Origin: Dehalococcoidia bacterium
Lineage (GTDB): Bacteria; Chloroflexota; Dehalococcoidia; GIF9; AB-539-J10
Direction: 5' to 3'
Assembly (NCBI GenBank): GCA_021162545.1
Contig: JAGGYM010000060.1
Location: forward strand, 1,999-65,998
Length of the DNA: 64,000 nucleotides
Under the pieces are notes generated by a model that saw only the letters and a program-made list of their open reading frames with translations, had not been told where the DNA came from and did not search any database. The position numbers and the translations under genes were made by a program. Shown piece after piece: positions 37,006 through 47,308 of the stretch. Position 1 is the stretch's first letter, and every line of letters begins with the position of its first letter.

Positions 37006-38277
37006 TCACATCTGCAGAATTTTAATCAATTCCCCCTGCTCCTTCCCCGGCCCCACTACAGCCAGGTTAAGCCCCCCTTCCCTTATAACTGTCTCCGCAA
37101 CCTCTCTCATTTCATCTCGAGTAACGCTATCCACGAGGGAAATAACCTCATCCACGCTCAGAATTTGCCGCTTCATTATCTCCTGGCCACCCAGCCACAA
37201 AGCCACACTCTGGCTGTCTTCCATCCGCAACTGCAACTTTCCCTTGGACAACTCCCTGGCCCTGGTAAATTCCTCCTCCGTAACCCTTTCTCGAAGCCTG
37301 CGCAGTTCCTCAACGATAGCGCCGACTGCAGTTTCCACCTTTCCTGAATCCACGCCAGCATAGACCACAAACGATCCCACTTCACGAAAGTGGTCCACAT
37401 AGCTGTGTATATCATAAGCCAGTCCCCTTTTCTCCCGTATCTCCGTGAACAGGCGGCTGCTCATGCCTCCTCCCAGGACGGTATTGAGCAAGTCAAGGGC
37501 AAAACGCTGCGGATGGAACTGCGAAAAACCATGCGTGGCAAGGCAAATGTGTGTCTGCTCGCATTTCATGTATTCAGCGCGCATTCTGGAAGCACTCTGC
37601 CTGTCATCGGAGATATAATCACCCAGCAGTCCCTCCGGCGTCCAATTGGAGAGCAACGGCTCGATCCGGTGAATCACCTCTTCATGCTCTATATTCCCGG
37701 CAACGCTGACCACGACATTATTGGGAACATACCAGCGGGCAACGTAATTCATCACCTGCTCCCTGGTCATGGCAGCCACGATATCCTTGCTGCCGGCAAT
37801 ATCACGGCCCAGAGGTTGCCCAGGCCAGAGGAGCTCATCTATCAGCATGCTCACCCTCTGCTGGGGAAGATCCAGATTCATATTGATTTCCTCAATGATG
37901 ACAGACCTTTCCTGCTCCATGCCCTCTCCCTCGAAGCGAGAATGCAGCAACAGATCGAACAACACATCGAGGGCCACAGGGAAATGCTCCTTAGCCACCT
38001 TGCACCAGTAAACGGTCATCTCCTGCCCCGTACTGCCATTGATCATGCCTCCAACGCCTTCGATATCCCGGCTGATTTCCTTGGCCGTGGGACGTCGCTG
38101 CGTACCCTTGAAAAGCATGTGCTCCGCAAAATGCGAAATTCCTGCCTCCTCTGCCCGTTCATAGCAGGACCCTGCCCCCACAAGAACAGCAAGACTCACC
38201 GAACGAACGTGTGGCATGGTGCTGGTAACGACCCGCAGTCCGTTATCAAAGGCAGCTTTTTGATACATAAAGGGCAA
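37006..38277 (-). CDS. M16-family zinc peptidase (pitrilysin/insulinase-like)
   Basis: 423 aa. Inverted zinc motif HxxEH (HFAEH) followed by the distal Glu region typical of M16. Confidence 0.8.
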   Translation of the reverse strand: MPFMYQKAAFDNGLRVVTSTMPHVRSVSLAVLVGAGSCYERAEEAGISHFAEHMLFKGTQRRPTAKEISRDIEGVGGMINGSTGQEMTVYWCKVAKEHFPVALDVLFDLLLHSRFEGEGMEQERSVIIEEINMNLDLPQQRVSMLIDELLWPGQPLGRDIAGSKDIVAAMTREQVMNYVARWYVPNNVVVSVAGNIEHEEVIHRIEPLLSNWTPEGLLGDYISDDRQSASRMRAEYMKCEQTHICLATHGFSQFHPQRFALDLLNTVLGGGMSSRLFTEIREKRGLAYDIHSYVDHFREVGSFVVYAGVDSGKVETAVGAIVEELRRLRERVTEEEFTRARELSKGKLQLRMEDSQSVALWLGGQEIMKRQILSVDEVISLVDSVTRDEMREVAETVIREGGLNLAVVGPGKEQGELIKILQM

Positions 38278-38378
38278 TTCTAAGGTGAATCTCCCTTCAC
38301 TGTCAACACAGCCTCCCTGCCTGGATAGCAGGGGGAAAGCACAGATGGCCAGGGATTTCCCCGGACTTTGCCGCCAGA

Positions 38379-40016
38379 TTACGCGCTCTGCGAAAGGGGT
38401 AGCGGAGCCTGGGACTCATCAAGCAATACATCTTTAGCTGCGCCAATAAAACCGCGGAAGAGGGGATGGGGCCAGTTAAGACGAGACCTGAATTCAGGAT
38501 GGAACTGGCAACCCACCATCCAGGGATGATCGGAAATCTCACACATCTCGACTATCAATCCATCCGGAGATGTTCCACTATATACCAGTCCTCCCTCCTG
38601 GAGCCGGGTACGAAATTGATTGTTAAATTCATAGCGGTGACGGTGGCGCTCGTAGATCAGGCTCTCTTCATAAGCGCGGCCCGCGTGGCTACCCGGAAGC
38701 AACTGGCAGGGGTAATTACCCCGTCGCATGGTACCTCCCTTGTCCACAATTACCCTCTGGTCGGGGAGAAGGTCAATTACCGGATAAAGCGTGGAGGGAT
38801 CGAACTCGGTGGAATTGGGGTCAGGAGAATTAAAGACATGGCGAGCAAACTCAATTACCATGACCTGCATGCCCAGGCAGATGCCCAGATAAGGAATCTT
38901 GTGCACCCTGGCATAGGTCGCAGCCTCTACCATTCCCTCGATTCCCCGGTAGCCAAAACCTCCAGGGACTATTACCCCCTGCACCTTTTTCAGCCTGTCG
39001 TAGCGGCCCCTCGCCAATTCTCCCGAGTCAATCCAGTCTATCTGAACCTCACGGTTATAAAATAGAGCTGCGTGGCCCAGCGCTTCACGGACGGAATAAT
39101 AAGCATCCCTGAGCTCCACATATTTTCCTACCAGCCCGATTCTAATGGGCTCCCTGGGAAACTTCAGTCTGGTTACCATTTCCCGCCAATCATCCAGGTC
39201 ACTCGCCCCGGCTTCCAGCCCGAGACGGCTCACTATGAGGTCAGCCAGCCCGGCATCCTCCAGTAACAGGGGCACCTCGTAGATAGTTTCACTGGTAACG
39301 AGTGGAATAATCGCCTCCTTATCAACATCGCAAAAAAGCGATATCTTGTCCTTTATCTCCCTAGATATTTCCCAGTCACTACGGCACAAAATGACATCGG
39401 GCTGAATGCCAATGCGCCTCAGTTCTTTAACGCTATGCTGGGTGGGTTTGGTCTTCAGCTCATCAGTAGCAGCGATGTGGGGCAGGAAAGTAACATGGAC
39501 ATATAACAAATTGTCCTTGCCCTCGTCCTTCCTCATTTGCCGTATGGCTTCAAGAAAGGGTTGCCCCTCGATATCACCTACCGTGCCCCCGATTTCAACT
39601 ATGACAACGTCGGCGCCAGATACCTCGGCCACCAGCCTTATGCGTCTCTTTATCTCGTTGGTGACATGAGGAACTACCTGGATAGTACCTCCCAGAAAAT
39701 CCCCCCTCCTCTCCTGATCTATGATGGAAGAATACACCTGCCCCGAGGTAACGCTGGAGGCCGCGGTTAAATCGATACCGATGAATCTCTCATAATGCCC
39801 TAAATCCAGGTCGGTCTCTGCGCCATCCTGGGTGACAAAGACTTCGCCGTGCTGATAGGGCGATAGCGTTCCCGGGTCCACGTTAAGATAGGGGTCGTTT
39901 TTCTGAGCTGAGACTTTGATCCTGCGACTCCTGAGAAGGGTGCCCATTGAAGCGACAGCTATGCCCTTTCCAACGGAACTAACAACGCCGCCTGTAACAA
40001 ATATATATTTCGCCAT
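38379..40016 (-). CDS. pyrG: CTP synthase
   Basis: MAKYIFVTGGVVSSVGKG N-terminus. C-terminal glutamine amidotransferase domain (GICLGMQ with catalytic Cys). The ORF track starts 8 codons upstream at 40040. Confidence 0.9.
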   Translation of the reverse strand: MAKYIFVTGGVVSSVGKGIAVASMGTLLRSRRIKVSAQKNDPYLNVDPGTLSPYQHGEVFVTQDGAETDLDLGHYERFIGIDLTAASSVTSGQVYSSIIDQERRGDFLGGTIQVVPHVTNEIKRRIRLVAEVSGADVVIVEIGGTVGDIEGQPFLEAIRQMRKDEGKDNLLYVHVTFLPHIAATDELKTKPTQHSVKELRRIGIQPDVILCRSDWEISREIKDKISLFCDVDKEAIIPLVTSETIYEVPLLLEDAGLADLIVSRLGLEAGASDLDDWREMVTRLKFPREPIRIGLVGKYVELRDAYYSVREALGHAALFYNREVQIDWIDSGELARGRYDRLKKVQGVIVPGGFGYRGIEGMVEAATYARVHKIPYLGICLGMQVMVIEFARHVFNSPDPNSTEFDPSTLYPVIDLLPDQRVIVDKGGTMRRGNYPCQLLPGSHAGRAYEESLIYERHRHRYEFNNQFRTRLQEGGLVYSGTSPDGLIVEMCEISDHPWMVGCQFHPEFRSRLNWPHPLFRGFIGAAKDVLLDESQAPLPLSQSA

Positions 40017-40133
40017 CCGAGGAGATAAAAAGAAGGGCAAAGAAAAGGTTTCCTTTTATTATATGCAAGCGAAGCATAGCAGTCAAGGACAGATAGACAA
40101 AATCAGTGGAAATAAGCTATCCTTATCCCGCAA

Positions 40134-40772
40134 GTGGAAATTTTCTGGTTAGGTCATTCCTGTTTTTACATCAAAGGGAAGGAGAAGACTGTCATTGCCG
40201 ACCCATGCCCACCTGATTGTGGCTATCTGCTGAACTTTCCCTTTGCAGACATAGCAACCATCAGCCATTCTCACCCAGGACACAGCTACATTGAAGGCGT
40301 GTCAGGCACTCCCAGGCAGATCACAACGCCAGGGGAATACGAGATAGGGAAAACGTTCATCACGGGGATTGCTTCTTTCCATGATAACGAGAGGGGGAAA
40401 ATAAAGGGCAAGAACACCATCTATATCATGAACACTGAAGGCATCAGCCTGTGCCACCTGGGAGACCTGGGGCACCCCCTGACTTCACAGCTAATAGAGG
40501 AAATAGGAAGCGTGGATATCCTGTTTTTGCCTGTGGGGGAAATTTCCACGATACCTCTCGATACCGCCACCGAAATAGTCAAACAGCTAAATCCCCACAT
40601 CATCCTGCCCATGCACTACAAGACAGAGAAACGAGATAAACTCCAGCCCGTGGATGAATTTCTGAAGAGAATGGGCATTCACGAAGCGGAAAGAAAAACA
40701 AAACTCTCGCTCACCCAGTCCTCTCTTCCCACAACCAGGCAAACCATCATCATGGATCACTCCGAGCTATAG
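40134..40772 (+). CDS. MBL-fold metal-dependent hydrolase (UPF0173-like)
   Basis: 212 aa, GTG start. MEIFWLGHSCFYI N-terminus. HSHPGH-type metal-binding motif. Confidence 0.75.
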   Translation: MEIFWLGHSCFYIKGKEKTVIADPCPPDCGYLLNFPFADIATISHSHPGHSYIEGVSGTPRQITTPGEYEIGKTFITGIASFHDNERGKIKGKNTIYIMNTEGISLCHLGDLGHPLTSQLIEEIGSVDILFLPVGEISTIPLDTATEIVKQLNPHIILPMHYKTEKRDKLQPVDEFLKRMGIHEAERKTKLSLTQSSLPTTRQTIIMDHSEL

Positions 40773-41767
40773 GTAGAAAGTTGTTCCAAAACAAAGGCCA
40801 CCGCCCCCAGGACACACGAGTCATCTCCCAGCAGTGCTGGTTTGATAGCAACGGCAGCAGCTCCCATTCGCGAAGTCCTTTCCTTAACTACCTGCACCGC
40901 CGGCTGGAACAACAAGTCTCCTATCCTGGATACACCTCCTCCAATCAAGATTAGCTCCGGATCGAAAATGTTTACCAGGCTAACCAGCCCCACTCCAAGA
41001 TAAAACCCCACCTGAGAGATCAGCTCCCTGGCCAGTTCATCCCCCTCACCTGCCGCCCGGGAAATGACCCTGGCATCGATCCGGCTCGCATCCCCCCCCA
41101 CAAGACCAAGCATAGACGTCCGCCTGCCCTGTGCAACCTGTCTAACCGCCTCCCTGGCCAGAGCAGTACCCGAGGCCAGAGTTTCCCAGCAACCAGTATT
41201 GCCACAATTACACCTCCGCCCGCCGATATCCACCGTCATGTGCCCCACCTCCCCTGCGGCACCTCGCGCCCCGGTGTACAGCCTTCCGTTAGCAATAATC
41301 CCCCCCCCTATCCCGGTGCTCACGGTGATATAGAGAAGATTGGACACCTTCTTATCCAGACCAAAGGACCACTCTCCCAGAGCGGCCAGATTGGCATCGT
41401 TACCCATACAGACAGGAATGCCAAAGTGGTCTTGAACGATATTCCCCAGAGGAACTTCATACCATCCAGGCAGATTGGGAGAGAAGACAACCATGCCTTT
41501 AGCAGCATCAATAACACCAGCAGCAGCAATTCCTATGCCCAGAAGCTGTCGCGCGCCGGTTTTCCCCTGACGCAGGGTTTCTTCCACAGTTACCAGAATC
41601 TTTTCTATAACGCCTTCAGGTCCGGCAGACACTGGCGTAGGCACTTGTCTTCGGGAAAGGATTCCCCCTCTGTCCGTGGCCAATGCAGTGGCAATCTTCG
41701 TGCCCCCCAGGTCTATCCCCAGAACCAACCTGTCTCCCTGGCGCTTCTGCACTTCGCTGCTATTCAT
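40757..41767 (-). CDS. ROK-family sugar kinase (glucokinase-like)
   Basis: 336 aa. N-terminal LGIDLGGTK ATPase motif. ROK zinc motif CNCGNTGCWE. Confidence 0.7.
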   Translation of the reverse strand: MNSSEVQKRQGDRLVLGIDLGGTKIATALATDRGGILSRRQVPTPVSAGPEGVIEKILVTVEETLRQGKTGARQLLGIGIAAAGVIDAAKGMVVFSPNLPGWYEVPLGNIVQDHFGIPVCMGNDANLAALGEWSFGLDKKVSNLLYITVSTGIGGGIIANGRLYTGARGAAGEVGHMTVDIGGRRCNCGNTGCWETLASGTALAREAVRQVAQGRRTSMLGLVGGDASRIDARVISRAAGEGDELARELISQVGFYLGVGLVSLVNIFDPELILIGGGVSRIGDLLFQPAVQVVKERTSRMGAAAVAIKPALLGDDSCVLGAVAFVLEQLSTYSSE

Positions 41768-41887
41768 AACTCCGTTCAGCCTATGCTACTGTGCCTAGAG
41801 AAACTTGTCAAACAAGAATGCCAGAGATAGAATGTGGGGCAGAGTTGAGAATAGCTCCTCAAAGTTGGATAAGTTGGGAGACCTGAG

Positions 41888-42751
41888 ATGAAAGTGCGAA
41901 AAGCCGTTATCATTGCCGCGGGGAGAGGGACGCGGTTCCTGCCCTTTACCAAATCTGTGCCTAAAGAGATGCTGCCCCTGGTGGACAAGCCGGTTATTCA
42001 ATACGCCGTAGAGGAAGCCGCTGCCTGTGGCATGGAGCTGGTGGTCATGGTAACAACTCCAGAGAAAGCGGCTCTGGAGAAATACTTCGCCAGAGACACG
42101 GAACTGGAGCGCGCCCTGCAACAAGCAGGTAAAAATGACCTGCTGGAGAAAATACGGTGCCTTCCCGACCTGGCCAACATTTGCTTCGTGCATCAGAAAG
42201 AACAACTGGGGCTGGGAGACGCCGTGCTTGCTGCCAGGGCGGTGGTGGGAAAAGAGCCCTTCGCTGTCATCCTGCCCGATGACCTCTTTGAAGAAAGAGA
42301 AGGCGTGCTCCGGAAAATGCTCAATGCCTTCCAGAAATACCAGGGCAGCGTCATCGCCCTGAGGAAGGTAAACAAAGAAGAGGTAGAAAGATACGGTCTG
42401 GTTAAAGTCGAGGAAATGACAGGGCGCATATGCCGGGTGACGGACCTCGTAGAGAAACCGAAACCGGCAGATGCGCCTTCCGACCTGGCGATAATGGGAA
42501 GGTACATACTCACGCCCGGGATATTCGAAGAGCTGGCCGCCACTCCCAGAGGCACCGGGGGCGAGGTCCAGCTAACCGACGCCCTAAAACGCCTGCTTTC
42601 GAGACAGGACTTGTACGGTTACGAAATCCAGGGAGAATACTACGATTCCGGCACCATCCCGGGCTGGATAGAAGCCACGCTCGCACTTGCCCTGAACCAT
42701 CCCGAACTGGGCCAGAAGCTAAGGGACCACCTGCTCCACCTCCTCCCGTAA
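41888..42751 (+). CDS. galU: UTP--glucose-1-phosphate uridylyltransferase
   Basis: 287 aa. AVIIAAGRGTRFLP...VPKEMLP nucleotidyltransferase motif. GalU-like remainder. Confidence 0.8.
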   Translation: MKVRKAVIIAAGRGTRFLPFTKSVPKEMLPLVDKPVIQYAVEEAAACGMELVVMVTTPEKAALEKYFARDTELERALQQAGKNDLLEKIRCLPDLANICFVHQKEQLGLGDAVLAARAVVGKEPFAVILPDDLFEEREGVLRKMLNAFQKYQGSVIALRKVNKEEVERYGLVKVEEMTGRICRVTDLVEKPKPADAPSDLAIMGRYILTPGIFEELAATPRGTGGEVQLTDALKRLLSRQDLYGYEIQGEYYDSGTIPGWIEATLALALNHPELGQKLRDHLLHLLP

Positions 42752-42791
42752 AGCCTGCGCACACAGTTACTCCCCGGAAGCAAGCACGCCG

Positions 42792-45005
42792 CTATCGCCC
42801 TTCGTGAGGAGGTGCTGTCCCCGTCAGGCCCTCTTCTGCCAGCGTCTCCATGAGACGAGCCGCCCGTGGGTAACCGATACGCAGGCGACGCTGCAAAAAC
42901 GAAGCGGAAATGTGCTCATGCTCGGAGGCGAGACGCCTGGCCTCCTCCAGAAGAGAGTCGGGGGAGGGCGTTACCTTCTGCCCCGGGGAAACGAGTTCCG
43001 TCACATCGTCAAAGTTCACCGTCCTCATTTCCTGCCGCTTTTGACTACCCCAGAAATACACCAGCTTGTCAATGTCCGCATCAGAAACGAAGGTCCCCTG
43101 GAGGCGCTTGGGCTTGGACTCTTCGGTGGGCATGTAGAGCATATCCCCCCTCCCCAGAAGTTTCTCCGCCCCTACCATATCGAGAATGGTGCGCGAATCC
43201 ACCTGAGAGGTAACGGCGAAGCTCATGCGGGTGGGGAAATTGGCCTTTATCAATCCCGTAACTACATCTACCGAAGGACGCTGCGTGGCCACGACGATGT
43301 GAATTCCCGTGGCTCGAGCCAGCTGAGCCAGACGGCAAAGGGTATGCTCCACCTCATCAAAAGCAGTTATCATCAAATCAGCCAGCTCATCGATGATAAG
43401 CACCAGATAAGGCATGTTTTCTGCAGGAGCACAATTCTTATTATAGCTCTCAATGTTGCGCACACCAGCTCGAGCCATCTGGTGATAGCGATTATCCATC
43501 TCCTGAGTAAGCCAGCGCAGCGCCTTTATAGCTTTACCTGTGTCCACCACAACGGGAGCAACCAGATGAGGGATGCTGTCAAAAATGACCAGCTCCACCC
43601 TCTTGGGGTCAACCATGATAAATTGAACTTCATCGGGACTGTTATATAAAAGCAGGCTGCAAATGATGGAATCGAGGCAAACCGTTTTGCCACTGCCTGT
43701 AGCCCCCGCAATAAGCAAGTGGGGCATCCTGGCCAGGTCTGCCGCCACCGCCTCCCCCCCAGCACCTTTGCCCAGCGCTATAGTCAGCTTTGATCTCGCT
43801 TTAATTTTCTGAAAAGCTGTGCTCTCTATAACGCTGCGCAGACCCACCGAACCAAAGATGGTATTGGGAACTTCAATGCCCACCACCGGTTTCCCTGGCA
43901 CGGGAGCCTCAATTCTGATACTGGGAGAAGCCAGTGCCAGGGCTAAATCGTTGGCCAGTGAGGTAATGCGATCCACTCTTATCCTCGTTCTCGACACTTC
44001 CTCCTGGTGCATCTGCACGCTGCCATCTTTGGCTCTCTCTTTTACCTCCCGGTATTTCCGATCCCAGCCTGGCTCAACCCCGAACTGCGTTACAGTAGGC
44101 CCGGAGTTCGTCTGCACAACCCTGGCCTCCACCCCATAGCTGGACAGCGCATCCTCGATCATCTGTGCCCGTTTCGCGATATCATCCTTGCTCATTTCCA
44201 CCTCAGCTACCCTGTCCAGAATATCAATGGGAGGAAGCTGCCAGCCCCCGGGGGTAACGATAGGCCCGCGTTTTGCCAGCAAGTTTTCCACCCTGGAAGT
44301 CACTCCGAGGCTGGCCCCCCCACCTGCTACACCAGCATCAAAGGCGCGTTTAGAAGAAATCGCGGGAGCAGGAGAGAAAGAAGAAACTTCGTACTGTGGC
44401 GAGGCTTCAGGGCGAGGCTGCTGAGAACCTCTTGCCAGAGGTTTCCTCGTGCCCTTAAAGGGCCTCCTGAAGAACATACCCACCATGGATAACGCATGCC
44501 AGACTTTGTGAGGCATCAAGAGAACGACTCCCAGAAGGACAAACCCCGTTACTCGAAGCACCCCTGTGATATCCGCTGTGCCTATCAGGCTCTGCCCAAA
44601 GCTGCCTCCCAGGGTGGCACGGTATAGAATGCCTCTGGTTGTGACAAAAAAGGAAAGCGTTCCCCACAAAGCTAAAGCAAGGCTGATGCCTCCAAGAATC
44701 CAGTTCCAGCGGTGCAGGACGCGGGAGAAATTTCCCCGCCATATTACCCAAATCAACAGGCCCAGGGCAACACCCATTATCGCCAGACCAAGCCCGAACA
44801 ACGCTAACACGTTATTGCCCCAGGCAATTACGCCCGCCTGGTATTTATAGGAAAAGTAATACGCCAGCGCCACGAGAACGACAATCAGTATGAGCCGTCG
44901 CACCGCCGGTAGAGCCAGGAAGCTAAAAGGATTCCTCCCCGGGGAAGACGGCCTGGCTTTGTCCTTCTTCGGTCTGGAAGACTTGCGGCTTTTCGCTCTG
45001 GCCAT
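42792..45005 (-). CDS. ftsK: DNA translocase FtsK/SpoIIIE
   Basis: 737 aa. N-terminal TM segments and a low-complexity linker. Motor domain with Walker A GATGSGKT and Walker B. C-terminal gamma winged-helix domain. Confidence 0.85.
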   Translation of the reverse strand: MARAKSRKSSRPKKDKARPSSPGRNPFSFLALPAVRRLILIVVLVALAYYFSYKYQAGVIAWGNNVLALFGLGLAIMGVALGLLIWVIWRGNFSRVLHRWNWILGGISLALALWGTLSFFVTTRGILYRATLGGSFGQSLIGTADITGVLRVTGFVLLGVVLLMPHKVWHALSMVGMFFRRPFKGTRKPLARGSQQPRPEASPQYEVSSFSPAPAISSKRAFDAGVAGGGASLGVTSRVENLLAKRGPIVTPGGWQLPPIDILDRVAEVEMSKDDIAKRAQMIEDALSSYGVEARVVQTNSGPTVTQFGVEPGWDRKYREVKERAKDGSVQMHQEEVSRTRIRVDRITSLANDLALALASPSIRIEAPVPGKPVVGIEVPNTIFGSVGLRSVIESTAFQKIKARSKLTIALGKGAGGEAVAADLARMPHLLIAGATGSGKTVCLDSIICSLLLYNSPDEVQFIMVDPKRVELVIFDSIPHLVAPVVVDTGKAIKALRWLTQEMDNRYHQMARAGVRNIESYNKNCAPAENMPYLVLIIDELADLMITAFDEVEHTLCRLAQLARATGIHIVVATQRPSVDVVTGLIKANFPTRMSFAVTSQVDSRTILDMVGAEKLLGRGDMLYMPTEESKPKRLQGTFVSDADIDKLVYFWGSQKRQEMRTVNFDDVTELVSPGQKVTPSPDSLLEEARRLASEHEHISASFLQRRLRIGYPRAARLMETLAEEGLTGTAPPHEGR

Positions 45006-45010
45006 AGCAA

Positions 45011-46684
45011 CTATACCCTGGCAACAATGGGAACGATAACGGGATGTCGATGGACTTCCTGATAAAAGAAGCGGGATAATACCTCCTTCACCTGTGCCTC
45101 AAGCAAATCCGCCTCGGGGGAAATCCCTCCCTTGTCGTTCAGGGCAGAAAAAAGGACCTCCTGACTCCGCTCAATCAATGCCTGGCTCTCGCGGGAGGCA
45201 ATAAGACCCTTCATCTTAACGCACGGCTTCCCCTGCAGCCGGCCACTTTTAGAATCAACGACAACAGACACCATCACAACCCCATCCTGCGAAAGCAATT
45301 TGCGCTCCTGAAGAGCAACGGCATCCATCTTGCCCGTCACCGAGCCATTGACGTATATATCTCCTCCCACTGGAGCTTTGCCCTCAACTTTCCCGGCTTC
45401 CCTCTGCAACTCGAGTATATCCCCATCCTCAAGGACAAAGATATTTTCCCGGGGAATGCCTACGCTCTGTGCCAGCATGGCATGCAGGCTCAGGTGGCGA
45501 TACTCGCCATGAACGGGAATAAAGAATTTAGGCTTAACCAGCCGGAGCAAGAGCTTCAAGTCTTCCTGGCTCCCGTGACCGTGAACGTGAACCTGCGCCA
45601 GTTTGTTATAGATAACCCGCGCCCCCTGGCGGAAGAGCGCATCGATGGTCCTGTTAACCAGCATTTCATTGCCGGGAATGGGAGTCGCCGACACCACCAC
45701 CGTATCTCCCGGAACGATATGAACCTGGCTGCGACGGTCTCGATTAGCTATACGCACCAGAGCCGAAGTCGGCTCGCCCTGGCTCCCCGTGGTCAAAAGA
45801 ATAACCCGGTTGTGAGGCAAACCCTTAATGTCCTCAAAGCGGCCCATGACATCAGGAGGCACGTGAAGATAGCCCGTTGCCATCGCTGCCTTAACCAGTT
45901 CCTTCATGCTCCTTCCTATAATAGCCACACGTCGCTCGTGCTTGGCAGCAACGTCTATCACCTGCTGAATGCGCGAGACCAGGGAAGCGAAGGTGGTAAT
46001 AATTACCCTGCCCGAAGCTCCTGCCACGATATTATCCAGGGTCTCACCAACCACTACTTCCGAAACCCCGTGCCCGGGAAGCTCAGCATAAGTGGAATCG
46101 GAAAAGAGCAGCAATACTCCCTTGTTCCCCACCGAGGCCAGCCTGCCCACGTCGGTAACCTCTCCCATAACGGGGGTATGGTCGATCTTGAAATCACCGC
46201 TGTGCACTATAACGCCCAGGGGCGTTTCAATTACCAGCCCTACTGCGTCGGGGATGCTGTGGCAAACAGAGAAAAACCTTATGACAAAATTGCCCAGGGT
46301 GATCTTGCCATCCGAAGGGATTACGTGCAATTCCGGCTCAGCTTTTACTCCCCGGTTCTTGAGCTTCAAAGCGATCAAATCTCGCGTGAAAAGGGTGGCA
46401 TAAACAGGCACGGGAAGCAGGGACAAGACATAGGGCAAAGCCCCAATGTGGTCTTCATGCCCGTGAGTGACAATTATTCCCCTGATTTTTTGCTGCTTCT
46501 GCAGGAGATAGCTAATATCGGGGATAACGAAGTCAACCCCGAGCATTTCCTCGTTGGGGAACATGAGGCCGGCATCAATGACGACGATGTCGTCGCCATA
46601 CTCCAGGATCATCATGTTTTTGCCGATCTCACCCAGCCCTCCCAGAGGAACAATTCTTAATTTATTCATCTTCATGTAACTCAA
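45011..46684 (-). CDS. rnj: Ribonuclease J
   Basis: 557 aa. MBL motif HGHEDHIG. Beta-CASP and C-terminal domains. Confidence 0.85.
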   Translation of the reverse strand: MSYMKMNKLRIVPLGGLGEIGKNMMILEYGDDIVVIDAGLMFPNEEMLGVDFVIPDISYLLQKQQKIRGIIVTHGHEDHIGALPYVLSLLPVPVYATLFTRDLIALKLKNRGVKAEPELHVIPSDGKITLGNFVIRFFSVCHSIPDAVGLVIETPLGVIVHSGDFKIDHTPVMGEVTDVGRLASVGNKGVLLLFSDSTYAELPGHGVSEVVVGETLDNIVAGASGRVIITTFASLVSRIQQVIDVAAKHERRVAIIGRSMKELVKAAMATGYLHVPPDVMGRFEDIKGLPHNRVILLTTGSQGEPTSALVRIANRDRRSQVHIVPGDTVVVSATPIPGNEMLVNRTIDALFRQGARVIYNKLAQVHVHGHGSQEDLKLLLRLVKPKFFIPVHGEYRHLSLHAMLAQSVGIPRENIFVLEDGDILELQREAGKVEGKAPVGGDIYVNGSVTGKMDAVALQERKLLSQDGVVMVSVVVDSKSGRLQGKPCVKMKGLIASRESQALIERSQEVLFSALNDKGGISPEADLLEAQVKEVLSRFFYQEVHRHPVIVPIVARV

Positions 46685-47300
46685 CCTGAAACAAATTTAG
46701 CTGTCTGGGCTCAGGGACAATTTCGGCCACCTCTTCGCTTTGAGCTAACGTCAGGGGAATTTTGCGCATATCTTCTTCAATGATACTGCGCAGGCTGCCC
46801 TGATGCAGAGCTGCTGCAGGGTGATACATGGGGAAAAAGATAACATCGCCCACCTTGCGAGCTTTCCCGTGAACTTTCCCTATGCTCTCGTTGGGGAAAT
46901 ACCTGGCCAGAGAATAACGTCCCAGGGTAATAATCATTCTGGGGCGGATTATCTCCAGCTGCCGGTCAAGCCATCCGCAACAGGCCTCTATCTCCGCCGG
47001 CAGGGGATCACGATTTTGCGGAGGGCGGCACTTAATCACGTTGCTAATGTAAACCTGCTCTCGGCGCAGGCCAATCAGGGCCAGCAACTGCGACAGGAAC
47101 TGCCCTGCAGGACCTACGAAAGGACGTCCCTGCTGATCCTCATACCAGCCGGGAGCCTCTCCAATGAAGAAAAGGTCAGCATCCTCTGCTCCCTCACCAG
47201 GCACCACTCTAGTACGAGAGCTGGCTAACCCGCAACCCTGGCAATTCTCAATTTCGCGGCAAAGCTCAGCTAAAGCTGACATGTGATTTGATAGTAACAT
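46662..47300 (-). CDS. Uracil-DNA glycosylase, family 4
   Basis: CxxC...GEAPG motif (FFIGEAPGWYEDQQGRPFVGPAG) and HPAA C-terminal motif. The start may be an internal Met (about 47282). Confidence 0.75.
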   Translation of the reverse strand: MLLSNHMSALAELCREIENCQGCGLASSRTRVVPGEGAEDADLFFIGEAPGWYEDQQGRPFVGPAGQFLSQLLALIGLRREQVYISNVIKCRPPQNRDPLPAEIEACCGWLDRQLEIIRPRMIITLGRYSLARYFPNESIGKVHGKARKVGDVIFFPMYHPAAALHQGSLRSIIEEDMRKIPLTLAQSEEVAEIVPEPRQLNLFQVELHEDE

Positions 47301-47308
47301 ACCCCCCC